NCBI GenBank assembly: GCA_964016885.1
Contig: OZ024744.1
Location: forward strand, 49,724,001 to 49,788,000
Source of the DNA: Eledone cirrhosa
Lineage: Eukaryota
Reading direction: 5' to 3'
DNA length: 64,000 nt
Below are positions 39,144-51,271 of the stretch, piece by piece. How positions within the stretch are numbered: the first letter of the stretch is position 1; every line of letters begins with the position of its first letter. The position numbers were made by a program, and so were the translations under genes. The notes below the pieces were generated by a model. That model was not told the origin of the DNA. It ran no database searches and saw nothing but the letters and a program-made list of their open reading frames with translations.

Positions 39144-42100
39144 ATGGAGACTAGAACGTCATGTGACAGACTCTCACCCAACAGGTGCCCCCTGGCTCAG
39201 CAGCAGGAACCTGACTGTCAACCAAATACTGCTGATGTTGGAGGAAGAAGAAGAAGGAAAGGGGCCAGAACCAACTGGACGAAAGAATTGAATAGAACTG
39301 TTATGCAATGCTACCTGAAAAGTAACCCCAAGGAGAGGGGCTACAGGAGACGGATGCATAACATCTGGAACGAGATTGGTTTATTTAAATTAGATGAACA
39401 AAAATTGGCCGGGCAGGCTCGGGTAATAAGAACTAATGGGTGGATAAGCGAGCTGGAACTGGAGGAACTGAGCAGAGAGAATGGCTTGGAGAGGGCGGGT
39501 GTAGTATGCCAGACAAGCGAGCCGGCGGGAAATGAAGGTGAGGAGGTCCTAAGAACGGAGGAACCACCCGAAGCAGACAATGATCTGAATACTGAGATAA
39601 ATAATACCTGGAACAGAGATACGGCCACTGAGGAGATGAATGCTGACGGGCTAGGACAAGATTCGGTTGACATCCTAAATTTAGTGGTAGATGAGTTGAA
39701 CAATGATAGTGGGAGACCTATGAACCTAAGATTTGTAGACAGGAAAAAGTTAAAAGAAACAACAGCTAAGGTAAACAAAGTCATCCCATACCTTGAGGCG
39801 AGGAGTCTTCACCAGTGCAACAATATCCTCAAAGCAACAGCAAATACGGTGAGGAAACTACTTGGTATAAAAGCGAGAGGAAACAACAGACAAGAAAGAG
39901 CAGAGCCGTGGTGGAAGAAGCGACTGAGTGGGCAAATCGGGGAAATGAGAAATGACATAGGAAAGCTTGAGTCACTACTGAATGGGACACTAAAAAACAT
40001 AGGCACTAAAAATAGACTGGAAATAAAATACAAAACTAGGAGTAAAAAGCTAAATATTATCATAGAGGAATTGAAGCAACGCATTGTAGCAAAGAGTGCC
40101 AAAATCAGGCGATACGAGAACAGAGTCAGTCAGTATAAACAGAACCGCATGTTCGACAACAACCAGAAGATGCTGTTTGGACAGCTTGAGGGGAAAGAAA
40201 GAGGCAACGACTTGATCCCTGGGGCGGAACAAGCTAAAACATTCTGGAGAGGAATATGGGAGCAGGATGTTAGACACAATGCCCAGGCAGGGTGGATTGA
40301 GACAGTACAGAGGGAGATCGGTGAGCAGGCACAACAACAGACTGATTTGAGTATCACAGTTGAAACTCTTAAGGGGCAAGCCAAAAAACTAACCAACTGG
40401 AAATCACCAGGCCCAGATGGTGTGCAGGGGTATTGGATTAAACATTTAACATCCCTCCACCCGAAGCTGACGGCCATGTTCAATGACTGCTTGGTGTCGG
40501 GTGAGGTGCCAGAGTGGTTGACAAAAGGTACCACAGTTCTGATAATGAAAGACCGAATCAAGGGTAATGATGTTACCAACTATAGACCTATCACATGTCT
40601 GCCCGTAATGTGGAAACTGTTGACGAGCATTGTGTCTGAGGAAATCTACCATCACCTCCACACAAACAACTTGTTACCGGACGAACAGAAAGGATGCCGA
40701 AAGAAGTCACGTGGTACAAAGGACCAGTTGCTTATTGATAAGATGGTAATGGGGAATTGCAGGAGGAGACACACTGATCTTGCCATGGGATGGATAGACT
40801 ACAGAAAGGCATTTGACATGGTGCCTCATTCCTGGATCACCAAAAGCCTGGAGATCTTCAGGGTGGCAGATAGCATCAGACAGTTGCTGGGCAGGAGTAT
40901 GGGGTCCTGGGAGACAGAGTTGACATCAACTGGAGTATCCTTGGGAAGCGTGAAGATCAAGAGAGGTATCTTCCAGGGAGATAGCCTGTCCCCTCTGTTG
41001 TTTGTCCTTGCCCTGATGCCCTTGACCATTATGCTGCGAAAAGTGAGAGCAGGATACAAGTTGGGAAGGGGAGAGCTTACCATCAATCACCTCCCCTTCA
41101 TGGACGATCTTAAGCTCTTCGGGAAAAGTGAGAAGGAGTTGGATGTGCTTGTTGACACTGTCCGTATTTTCAGCAGTGATATATGTATGCAGTTTGGTAT
41201 TGGTAAATGTGGAGTCATTGTGATGAAGAGGGGTAGGTTGAGCAGAAGTAACGGGATCCAGATACCAACAGGTGAGATGATAAAGGAAATTGACTCTGAG
41301 GAAGGATACAAGTATTTGGGCGTTCTGGAGGCTGATGGCATAAAGAACAAAAAAATGAAGGAATTGTTAAGAACTGAATACATTCGGAGAGTAAGGAGCG
41401 TATTGAAGTCACATCTGAACAGCAGAAATGCCATAAGCGCAGTAAATTCCCGAGCTGTGTCTATTATTAGGTACAGTGCGGGAATTCTGAGATGGAATGT
41501 TGCTGAACAAAAAGAAATGGATAGGAAGACTAGGAAGCTATTGACTATCTACAACATGTTCCACAAGAGGAGTGATGTCGATAGACTCTACCTAAGGAGA
41601 TCTGAGGGTGGAAGAGGTCTTATCAGCATAGAGGACTGTGTTCAGATGGAGAAAAACAACCTATACAAATACGTGACCTATAGTAAGGAGCCAATGCTCA
41701 GAGCTGTACTGAAGGAGGGGACAGTAGGCCAGGGGATATCCAAGGAGGAAATAACATCAAGGAGGAAGAGCAGCCTTAAGGGAAAATCCCTTCATAGTTC
41801 CTTCTTTGAGAAAACTGAATTTAGAGATCCACAGACATGGAACTGGTTGAGAAGAGGAGACCTCAAAAAGGCTACAGAAGGAATGCTAATGGCTGCGCAG
41901 GAGCAGGCCCTCAAAACGAAGTGGTTGAAGCACCATATCTACAAGGAGGAGGCTAGCCCACTGTGCAGGATCTGTGGAGAGAGAGAGGAGACTGTGGCTC
42001 ACATTGTGTCCGAGTGTAAACACCTAGCCCAGACCCACTATAAGGGCTGGAGACACGATGTGATGGGCAGGGTGATCCACTGGCACCTGTGCAAAGTAAA

Positions 42101-42536
42101 CAATCTACCACATTCTGAGAAATGGTATGAGCATAGGCCAGAGGCGGTGATGGAGAACAGTCAGGTGAAGGTGCTGTGGGATTTTAGGATACAGACGGAC
42201 AAAAAACTGGAACACAATAGACCTGACCTGGTGGTTGTGGACAAAGAAAAAAGATCGTGCCTGATTGTGGATGTGGCCTGCCCGTTCGACACGAGAGTGC
42301 AAGAGAAGGAGAGGGAGAAAATTAACCGATACCAGGACCTAAAGTGGGAGGTGAAAAGGATTTGGAACTGCCATGAAGTCAAAGTGATCCCGATTGTCAT
42401 AGGCGCACTGGGGACTATCTCCAAAGGTTTCCAGGGATGGTTAAAGAAAATCGGCCCCTTCACGCTTTTTGGAGCGCTTCAAAAGGCATGCTTGCTTGGA
42501 ACAGCAAGAACCCTCCGATACGTCCTGAATATCTGA
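39144..42536 (+). CDS. Full-length single ORF of an R4/Dong-like non-LTR retrotransposon (RT + CCHC + RLE); element ~38960-42610
   Basis: 1130 aa without stops: WKSPGPDGV, NYRPITCL, DYRKAFD, GIFQGDSLSP, FMDD, CRIC..H..C and RPD..D..E..K. The 3' end abuts (TAA)n. Confidence 0.95.
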   Translation: METRTSCDRLSPNRCPLAQQQEPDCQPNTADVGGRRRRKGARTNWTKELNRTVMQCYLKSNPKERGYRRRMHNIWNEIGLFKLDEQKLAGQARVIRTNGWISELELEELSRENGLERAGVVCQTSEPAGNEGEEVLRTEEPPEADNDLNTEINNTWNRDTATEEMNADGLGQDSVDILNLVVDELNNDSGRPMNLRFVDRKKLKETTAKVNKVIPYLEARSLHQCNNILKATANTVRKLLGIKARGNNRQERAEPWWKKRLSGQIGEMRNDIGKLESLLNGTLKNIGTKNRLEIKYKTRSKKLNIIIEELKQRIVAKSAKIRRYENRVSQYKQNRMFDNNQKMLFGQLEGKERGNDLIPGAEQAKTFWRGIWEQDVRHNAQAGWIETVQREIGEQAQQQTDLSITVETLKGQAKKLTNWKSPGPDGVQGYWIKHLTSLHPKLTAMFNDCLVSGEVPEWLTKGTTVLIMKDRIKGNDVTNYRPITCLPVMWKLLTSIVSEEIYHHLHTNNLLPDEQKGCRKKSRGTKDQLLIDKMVMGNCRRRHTDLAMGWIDYRKAFDMVPHSWITKSLEIFRVADSIRQLLGRSMGSWETELTSTGVSLGSVKIKRGIFQGDSLSPLLFVLALMPLTIMLRKVRAGYKLGRGELTINHLPFMDDLKLFGKSEKELDVLVDTVRIFSSDICMQFGIGKCGVIVMKRGRLSRSNGIQIPTGEMIKEIDSEEGYKYLGVLEADGIKNKKMKELLRTEYIRRVRSVLKSHLNSRNAISAVNSRAVSIIRYSAGILRWNVAEQKEMDRKTRKLLTIYNMFHKRSDVDRLYLRRSEGGRGLISIEDCVQMEKNNLYKYVTYSKEPMLRAVLKEGTVGQGISKEEITSRRKSSLKGKSLHSSFFEKTEFRDPQTWNWLRRGDLKKATEGMLMAAQEQALKTKWLKHHIYKEEASPLCRICGEREETVAHIVSECKHLAQTHYKGWRHDVMGRVIHWHLCKVNNLPHSEKWYEHRPEAVMENSQVKVLWDFRIQTDKKLEHNRPDLVVVDKEKRSCLIVDVACPFDTRVQEKEREKINRYQDLKWEVKRIWNCHEVKVIPIVIGALGTISKGFQGWLKKIGPFTLFGALQKACLLGTARTLRYVLNI

Positions 42537-42659
42537 GGCTGCAGGTAGTGGCTTGATATTCAATCCAACGGACTTTCCAGTTAACCAACATCAATGACTG
42601 AGATTCAAGGAATAACAATAACAATAATAATAATAATAATAATAAGCAATCTAACATAA

Positions 42660-43430
42660 ATAGTATATCAAACAAAAGAATTAGAACTAGAAATATTATT
42701 TGGTACTCTCCCCCATTCTCGTTAGGCGTTAAAACACATATAGCAAACTTATTTTTCAAAGCATTAGATAAGTGTTTTCCTAAATCCCATAGATACCATT
42801 CTATTTTCAATAGACATACTATTAAACTATCTTACTCTACTACGATGAACATAGCACAAAATATAAATAGAATTAATAATAGAAACCTAAATTTAAGCCC
42901 AAACCAAATAAACCAAGATAACAATATTAATATTACTAATAACAGTATTAATACTAATAATAGTGACAATAACTCTGGAAAATGTAACTGTAGAGACGAA
43001 TCAAATTGCCCTTTACAGAATAATTGCTTAGAATCAAAATAATTACAGAATAAAAATTTAGTATACAAATGCCAAGTAAAAACTAGAGGTAAAATATATA
43101 ACTATATAGGAGCCACTTCTACAAAATTTAAAGAACGCTGGTATAATCACAAACATACTTTTAATAGATCCGATTAAAAAATGTCTACATCACTTTCACA
43201 TCTACTTTGGTACTTAAAAGACAATAATATTGACTATTCAATCTCTTGGGGAACGATTTCGAAAGCGCCCGCATACCGAAATATGACTATCAAGAATTTG
43301 TCATTTTTGTATTGAAGAAATATTTTATATACTTACCTGCCTAAACTCTATTAACAAAAAGAAAGAATTATTCAGTTCTTATAGACATCGCCAAAGAATG
43401 ACTTTCAGAAGTATCTTTAATCTATAGAAT
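42660..43430 (+). pseudogene. Degenerate AT-rich PLE GIY-YIG fragment
   Basis: IIWYSPPFS, YHSIFNRHTIKLSYST, CNCRDESNCPLQNNCL and YIGATSTKFKER. Confidence 0.8.
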
Positions 43431-44369
43431 ATATTTTACTTGTTTACATTTTATATGTCTTCACTATGTTTTTGTCGAGATTTTATGGTGATTTTTAAAT
43501 GATATTTTTCTTTTTATCTAATATTTTTCAAATGATATTCTTTTTAATGGTTTTCAATGATATTTTGATAATGTTTATAAATATACTTATGATGCCTGTA
43601 ATTATATTTTTTTACTATATAGACTTTAACACATGCATTGATGTAGCTAATACTATCTAAATACATATATAAAAGAATTCTCATCTTTGAAAACATCTAA
43701 TATAAAATACCTTATAATCATATACAAAATAATATATTAAATTTGTCTACTTATATTCCGCATATATCTTAATTGTATATTTCTTTAAAAGTAAATTCTA
43801 GAATTAAATGATAAATGTAACATAAATATTTTAACTAAGAAACATTGGAGTTATCTTTTCCTTTAACACGCTTAAACATTCCTTCTACGCAAAAACTAAA
43901 CTTTACATAAATATGAAATTCTCTGTATATTTTCGTTGACTTACTAAATTTTTTGTGAATGTTTCCTATCTTGATTGAACTATCTGAATGTACAAAATAA
44001 TCTTCTCAAATAAAATTTATAACTACGTCCTTTTCTTAACTATATATTGAAAATGTAAACACAAAATTCTTCGTAACCCTTAACATATATAAAAAAAATA
44101 TAAACTATCTATCTAGTGAAAATAACAACATATATACTCACCAAAAATATTTATATAAATACTTATATAAATAACCCGTTGTAATATAATAAACTAAAAT
44201 ATACTTACAACATTAAAATATACTTTTAAATATTATCTATATAATATTATAACTCATAATTTAAATAGATCCAATAATTAGTTGTATATCTCAATTTTTT
44301 TTTTTTTTAAATTGGTATTCTATCATCTCAACACATTTTTAACTCATATTATTTTATAGATACTACTAT

Positions 44370-44555
44370 AGAGCGGTGGATTGGCAGTATCAGTAGAGAG
44401 TCGGGCGCCATGCTTTCCAGCATAGTTACGTCCTTTTACGATCTGAGTTCAAATCCCGCCGAGGTTGACTTTGCCTTTCATCCTTACGGGGTCGATAAAA
44501 TAAAGTACCAGTAATGCACTGGGTAATTGCTGGCCTTGTGCTTAAAGTAGAAACG
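44370..44555 (+). mobile_element. Full-length tRNA-derived SINE with a 19-bp TSD
   Basis: attattttatagatactac at 44348-44366 and 44556-44574. Confidence 0.85.
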
Positions 44556-45284
44556 ATTATTTTATAGATACTACCAAAATATATGATTATATAATAAAAT
44601 AATTAAATATAATTATATCACTCTCTTTACACCATACAATTTTAACTTAATAATAATAGTGTATTTCTAACTATCATTTTTTCTTATAATCATTCCTTAA
44701 ATTTTCTTACACCCTAATATTAATATTAGCCTCTCTTTTTTTCTTCTTCCTTTTATAAATTATCCTAATAATTATTTAAATTTACCGAGCGTCTAAATAT
44801 AACGATCTTTTTTCAGTCTTACGTTTCAGCCTCATTTACATATTCATCCTAAAGATTTGAAATTTTTCTTTCACTATCTAAACTGAACCTGAACCGATAA
44901 GGTCTGGTTTCTTGGGTATGTCACCATTTATAAAACAAATTGGTTGCCTAAAGACTGTACGGCGTAATTCGGGCTGTTTGTTTGTTTACAAACAAACCGA
45001 GCATTATAATAAATGTTCGGTAAACCGATACGTGCATATATGTATGTGTGCATGTATGGGCATACGTCAAGACGGGCGGTCTCAAAAGTGAAAGTAAATT
45101 TATTTTCATTTTCGAACGTCGTGTTTACATTTTGTGTGTGTGTTTAGATCTAAATTAGTGTCGTTTTAACTGATTATATATATATGTATATGTGTGTGTG
45201 TGTGTCGTTGACGGTTGAGAGAAGAGTACTCAATACCGAAGTAATCTTGTAATGAGGCTTGCAGAATGGTGAGTCCGCCATTCT

Positions 45285-45535
45285 AGACGCTGCTGCCTTG
45301 CAGAAGTCCCAAATCGAAGCTCTGACACTCTCGTCCCCATCATTCAGCAGGGATTTTGCCAGGCAGCCGCATCATCTCCGATGGTTGGGCTTCCTATTCG
45401 GAAATTGAAGGTGGGATTTACGTTCATGATGTTGTGGTGCACGAACGGAACTTTGTAGATCCTGCGGACCTTGATGTGCACACACAGCTCATAAAGAACA
45501 CATGGAGCCGTGCAAAGAAGAAGCTTCGCTAGCAT
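45285..45535 (+). pseudogene. Merlin/ISXO2-like DDE transposase fragment
   Basis: EVPNRSSDTLVPII / GSRIISDGWASY..VHDVVVHERNFVDP..VHTQLIKNTWSRAKKKLR. Confidence 0.7.
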
Positions 45536-45763
45536 GTTTCGTTTGAACACACACACAAAATGTAAACACGACGTTCGAAAATGAAAATAAATTTACTTTC
45601 ACTTTTGAGACCGCCCGTCTTGACATATGCCGCATGTATGTATATATATATACATACTACTATACGTCTGTATACATATATGTATGTACGTACACATACA
45701 TACTTACATTTAAGTAACTGCCGTACTAAGAGTGAGAAATGAAATTTCGTTTCATTCTATTCC

Positions 45764-45805
<42 letters not shown>

Positions 45806-46607
45806 GGAATAGAATGAAACGAAATTTCATGCTTAAACTTTAATCTGTTATTTTAATAAATATATATATATATATACAAAATTAAGATAGATTAAAAGAA
45901 TTCAATCAGAATCGAAATTGTGGGTGTCATTCCTTAACGGAATGCGCCATATCGCCCGGAAAATAAGCTCTAGGACTTTGTAGGTACGAGCATTTTATAA
46001 TAACTAGGAATTGATCAACATATATATAAATAAATATAAACATGAAAAATCACAGGAGATAATTTTTACAAGCGTGTAACCACGCATGGCTAGTAGGTAA
46101 CAAATAAATAAAGTTAACTAGAACTTCAAAAAGATATACCTTTTAATGATTAATCTTTAAAAGCTATATCTTTTTGAAGTTCTAGTTAACTTTATTTACT
46201 TGTTACCTACTAGCCATGCGTGGTTACACGCTTGTAGAAATTATCTCCTCTGATTTTTCATGTTTATATTTATTTATATATATGTTGATCAACTCCTAGT
46301 TATTATATATATATATATATATATATACAATTAAGTTAAAAATGTACATCCACATATGTATACTGAAATACTAGTATGCATATGAATACACACACGTATA
46401 CATACATACAGAATAGCTGGACACTCACAGTAAAGTGACCAGTGAAAAACTCTGTACATCTACATATGTATACGTGTGTGTATTCATATGCATACTAGTA
46501 TTTCAGTATACATATGTGGATGTACATTTTTAACTTAATCGTTTAAGCGTCAGTCATACAAAAGTGAGTTACAAACGAAACGAAATTTAATTTCGTTTCG
46601 TTATTTG

Positions 46608-46699
<92 letters not shown>

Positions 46700-46702
<3 letters not shown>

Positions 46703-47400
46703 ATAATAATAAAATTGAAGACTAAAATCCAAAGAGGGCCCGATAAGGATAAATATATATCAAATATATAAGAGCAAATATTTATTAAAATAACAGATTA
46801 AAGTTCAAGCAAAGAATCGCTGCTTTCACCCTTAACGGGATCTTCTGAAACTAACAAAGTCAATCTGTAAACGCAGAACTGGATATTTCAAAAAACGTTG
46901 CAACCGGAGGAAGACAGGAAGACGATACTTTGGTTCGTGGAAACGTTCCCTGGCAAAGAACGGGAAAAAACGAAGATAATACACTGGAATAATTGCTGGC
47001 CTTGTGCCAAAAGTAGAAACAATTATTTGGAGTAGTGAAAAACAAAACCACGTTCATGGTATAAAAGAAGTCGTAGACTAATATTCTATTAGGTGGTTCA
47101 TGGAGACGTTCTCTGGCAATGAACGGAAAAAACGAAGATAATACGTCATATGTGGAGCGAGAAGGAACAATTGCCCGCAAAGACAAAACCACGTAAAAGG
47201 TATAACTGAAGTCGTAGACTAAAATTCTAACTAGGAAACCAAATGATTCTCGGCTTCAGAGTTAAGAATAAAGTAATTAAAATACAGAGATAATTGAAAT
47301 TAAATAAATACATACACGCATCCATATACGTACATACACAAGCATACGCGAAAACACTCGCCATAGGTATACAAATACAAGCACGTACAAAAATATATAT

Positions 47401-47451
<51 letters not shown>

Positions 47452-48925
47452 ATATATGATCAAAAGATGGTTATATTATTTATACTCCAGTCCTACAAAC
47501 TGTAGAGTGGTACTTATCCGATATTTGCATTGCTTTATTGTGTTTACAATAAAACTCACCTCCTATATATATATACATATATATATATATATGTATATAT
47601 ATGTATAGTAATAATAATAAATTTGAAGTCTAAAATCCAAAGAGGGCTCGATAAGGATAAATATATATCAAATATATAAGAACCGTAGAGCAAATATTCA
47701 TTAAAATAACAGATTAAAGTTTAAGCAAAGAATCGCTGCTTTCACCCTTAACGGATCTTCTGAAACTAACAAAGTCAATCTGTAAACGCAGAAATGGATA
47801 TTTCAAAAAACGTTGCAACGTTGCCCCACGTTATACCCTAACGGATAGTTAGGGTATAACGTGGATATTTTACGTCTATATCCGATCTATACGTGGATAT
47901 TTTACATCTTGATGTGGTAGCTAAGTATATGTTTTGTTTATACCATTACTTATTTGCAAAGGTAAGTATATATTATCTGTATGTTTTGTGAAGGAACGTA
48001 TACTTTCTCGTACGTATATTTGTTTGTATATGTTATGGTGTATAATTTTATATATTCTGGTACATATGGTTTGGTTATGTGTATACGGGAGTTTTGCGTC
48101 TGTGTGAGTACGAAGGTTCGTACGTATGTCGGGTGTGTGTATATGTGTACTTCATATTTTGGTTGACTTACGTCTCCGAATATTTGTGTATTTACATGTA
48201 AGTATGTGTGTGCGCTTGTTATATACGTATTTATTTATTTATATACGTTTATTTAATTATTTATTTATTTGTATACCTATGGTAAGTGTTTTCGCGTATG
48301 CTTGTGTATGTATGTATTTGTATGCGTGTATGTATTTATTTAATTTCTATTACCTCTGTATTGTATTTATTTACTTTGTTCTTAACCCTGAAGCGGAGAT
48401 TCATTCGGTCTCCTAGTTAGAATTTTATACCATAAACGTCGTTCTGTCTTTGCGCGTAATTGTCTTTCACCGCTCCTATTAATGACGTCTCCTAGTTAGA
48501 ATTTTAGTCTACGACTTCTGCTACCATTTATGTGGTTTTGTCTTTGCGTGCAATTGTTCTCCATGCTCTACATATGACGTATTATCTTCGTTTTTTTTCG
48601 TTCATTGCCAGAGAACGTCTCTATGAACCACCTAAGAGAACATTAGTCTACGACCTTTTTTATACCATAAACGTGGTTCTGTCTTTGCGTGTAATTGTTT
48701 TTCACCGCTCCTATTAATGACGTATTATATTCGTTTTTTCCCGTTCTTTGCCAGGGAACGTTTCTACGAACCAAAGTATCGTCTTCCTGTCTTCCTCCGG
48801 TTGCAACGTTTTTTGAAATATCCACTTCTGCGTTTACAGATTGACTTTGTTAGTTTCAGAAGATCCCGTTAAGGGTGAAAGCAGCGATTCTTTGCTTAAA
48901 CTTTAATCTGTTATTTTAATAAATA
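46700..48925. mobile_element. Inverted/tandem cluster of PLE pseudo-LTR family B
   Basis: 46700-47400 and 47606-47820 (-) and 47822-48925 (+) match 57165-58265. Further pieces at ~23450-23870 and 50820-50980. Confidence 0.75.
48837..48910 (+). ncRNA. Type I hammerhead-like motif, family B, core CAGAAGA
   Basis: agttt-CAGAAGA-tccc(gttaa)gggt-GAAA-gca(gcgattctt)tgc-TT-aaact, with distal cagattga/ttaatctg pairing. Confidence 0.6.
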
Positions 48926-48926
48926 A

Positions 48927-48998
<72 letters not shown>

Positions 48999-49984
48999 GT
49001 GTATGTGTGTTATATGTATATATGCATATGTACGTATGTATGTAAATATGTGTATTTATGTGTATGTGTGTATATATATATATATATTATATGTATACAT
49101 ATTTGTATGTGTTTTCAGGCATATATGCATGCACATGTGCGTGTATATGCGTATATATATATGCATGTAGGTATATGTACGTGTGTGCATGTTTATGCGT
49201 ATGTGTATGTATGTATATATATATATATGTATATGTGTGTATATATATTTATGTATATGAGTGTATTGTATGTATATGCATATGTAGGTTTAGGTACGTA
49301 TGTATGTATATATATGTATATATATGTGTATATATATGTATGTATATATGTGTATATGTGAGTATATATATGTATGTGTATGTAAATATGTATATGTATG
49401 TATGGGTATATATATGTGTATATGTATATATATATATATATGTATATGTGTATATATATGCATGTATGTGTATGCGTGTGTGTATATGTGTGCATATGTA
49501 TGTATATTATTTATACATTATTCTTAAACCCCGAAGCCGAGAATCATCCGGTTATTCTAAATAGGATTTTAGTCTAACAACTCCTTTTATACCGTAAACG
49601 TGTTTTGGAGTTTAAAAATCTTGCTCCTATTAATATGGTGCTTGGGCAAAAAATTACTATATAACAATTGAAAATGGTGAGGAATGGAAGAAATCGGGGA
49701 TTGTAAGGAGATGAACGTGAGCTTCGTTCCACAGCTCTTCAGAATAATGGAAAATTAAGAAATAGATTATTCAATAACAATTCTTAGTTTTAAGCTTTTG
49801 TTGAGAAACCATCTGACGAATACTGTGTATGTGTACACAAGGAAATGGCCCAAACGTGGAAGAGCCGAACTCCCACTGTCATCACCTCCATCTCGCTCGC
49901 CCTCCTCATCTCTCTATATTGTGAACAAATGGGGTCTCGCGTGCTGGCCTCCCCACAGCCCCAGCAGACAGAATGGAGAAGGCG

Positions 49985-50790
49985 TTTTCCCGCAGTATGG
50001 TAAGGGAGATGTGCTGGAAGGCTATTCCAACTCGCGAGGCTCACACCTGCAGCTAGCAAGCTCAGCACCTATGGTGGTGAGTAGGGAGGTAGCCCAAGGG
50101 CCAAGGACACCAGAAGTCTCCACTGCCAAGGGCACAACCACGAATCTGTCGGAGAGCAACTGGTACTTGGAGAGTTTGGCCTCCTCAGCCTGACGTGCAG
50201 CAGAACCAGGGTTAGTTGCAGACTGCACTAGGTTGCGGTTGGAGAAAGTGTTGTTGCAAGTCGTATCCCAGACGAGAGGTTTGCCAGCGTGGAACAGGAA
50301 GATGGTCATACCGTGTGGCCTTTTGCCGTCCCCTCGATCCAGCCCCACCGGCTCGAACTGGGAAGAGAAGTCTGCAGCATCCAAGCCATGCTTTATGATC
50401 TCGTTGAGGGCAGCATGGCATGGAAGGCGGCCAGAACTGTGGTGACAGGAAAGTGGGTGGAGACCGAAAGATTCCACGGTGGATGTACAGCGACATTTAT
50501 GTGGCTCGCAGATCCAGAGGCCAATCATCAGGTAAATGCCAATGCGCAAGCTAACATTATCCAGCTGCGTGCCAGTGGAGAATGGGGGAAAGGCATGGAG
50601 CCAGGCACCACAGTGTGGCTTGGAAGCCTTGCGAAAACAGGCAAGGTGGTGCTAGTCGAGCTGGCGCATGAGGCCAGGCTAAACTGGATGGCATCCCAAA
50701 TCTTTGGGGGGTTCTTGACGTCAGCAGGGGTAGAAGGAGGAGGGACGTCTACTGAGCTAAGTCCCAGCCGATCCCACGTCTCATAGGTGG
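49985..50790 (-). pseudogene. CRE-like RLE non-LTR retrotransposon 3' fragment
   Basis: C.C...GLHPLSC, EPVGLDRGDGKRP.GMT, LVWDTTC, AEEAKLSKY and VPLAVETSGVLG. Confidence 0.75.
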
Positions 50791-51221
50791 CCTCACGTTC
50801 CCCGATCACAGTCTTAGCAAGAAATAATCGTTCTCATCGTTCCACATACCGACGTAATTATCCTTGCTTTTTTTCAATTCATTGCCAGGTAACATCTTCA
50901 CAAACCAAAGTATCATCTTCCTGTTTTCTTTCAGTTGCAACGTTTTTCGAAATATTTTACTTCTGCGTCCACAGATTGATTGGATGGCATTGGTTATGCA
51001 ATTCAGCATAGAAGTAAGTGCCATGCTCTCTTCAGACGACAGCATCTTACATAATAAAGTCACAATCAAGGAGGTAATCCAAAATTGAAGTGACAAGGGA
51101 ACGGACAAACAGCGATGTTCATTAATCGAATGCCCGTTGCCCTGTGAGCTTCAGTTCATGCCAACAGGTCGGCGCATGTGTAAAAGTAGGGTATATATAT
51201 AGTTGATTACTATTGTAACCA

Positions 51222-51269
<48 letters not shown>

Positions 51270-51271
<2 letters not shown>

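Noticed and set aside
48937-49564. Many ORFs rich in Y/I/M/C/V (also 26140-26379, 56142-56419, 62143-62723)
   Set aside because: Translations of (TA)n/(TG)n/(TATG)n microsatellites, not genes.
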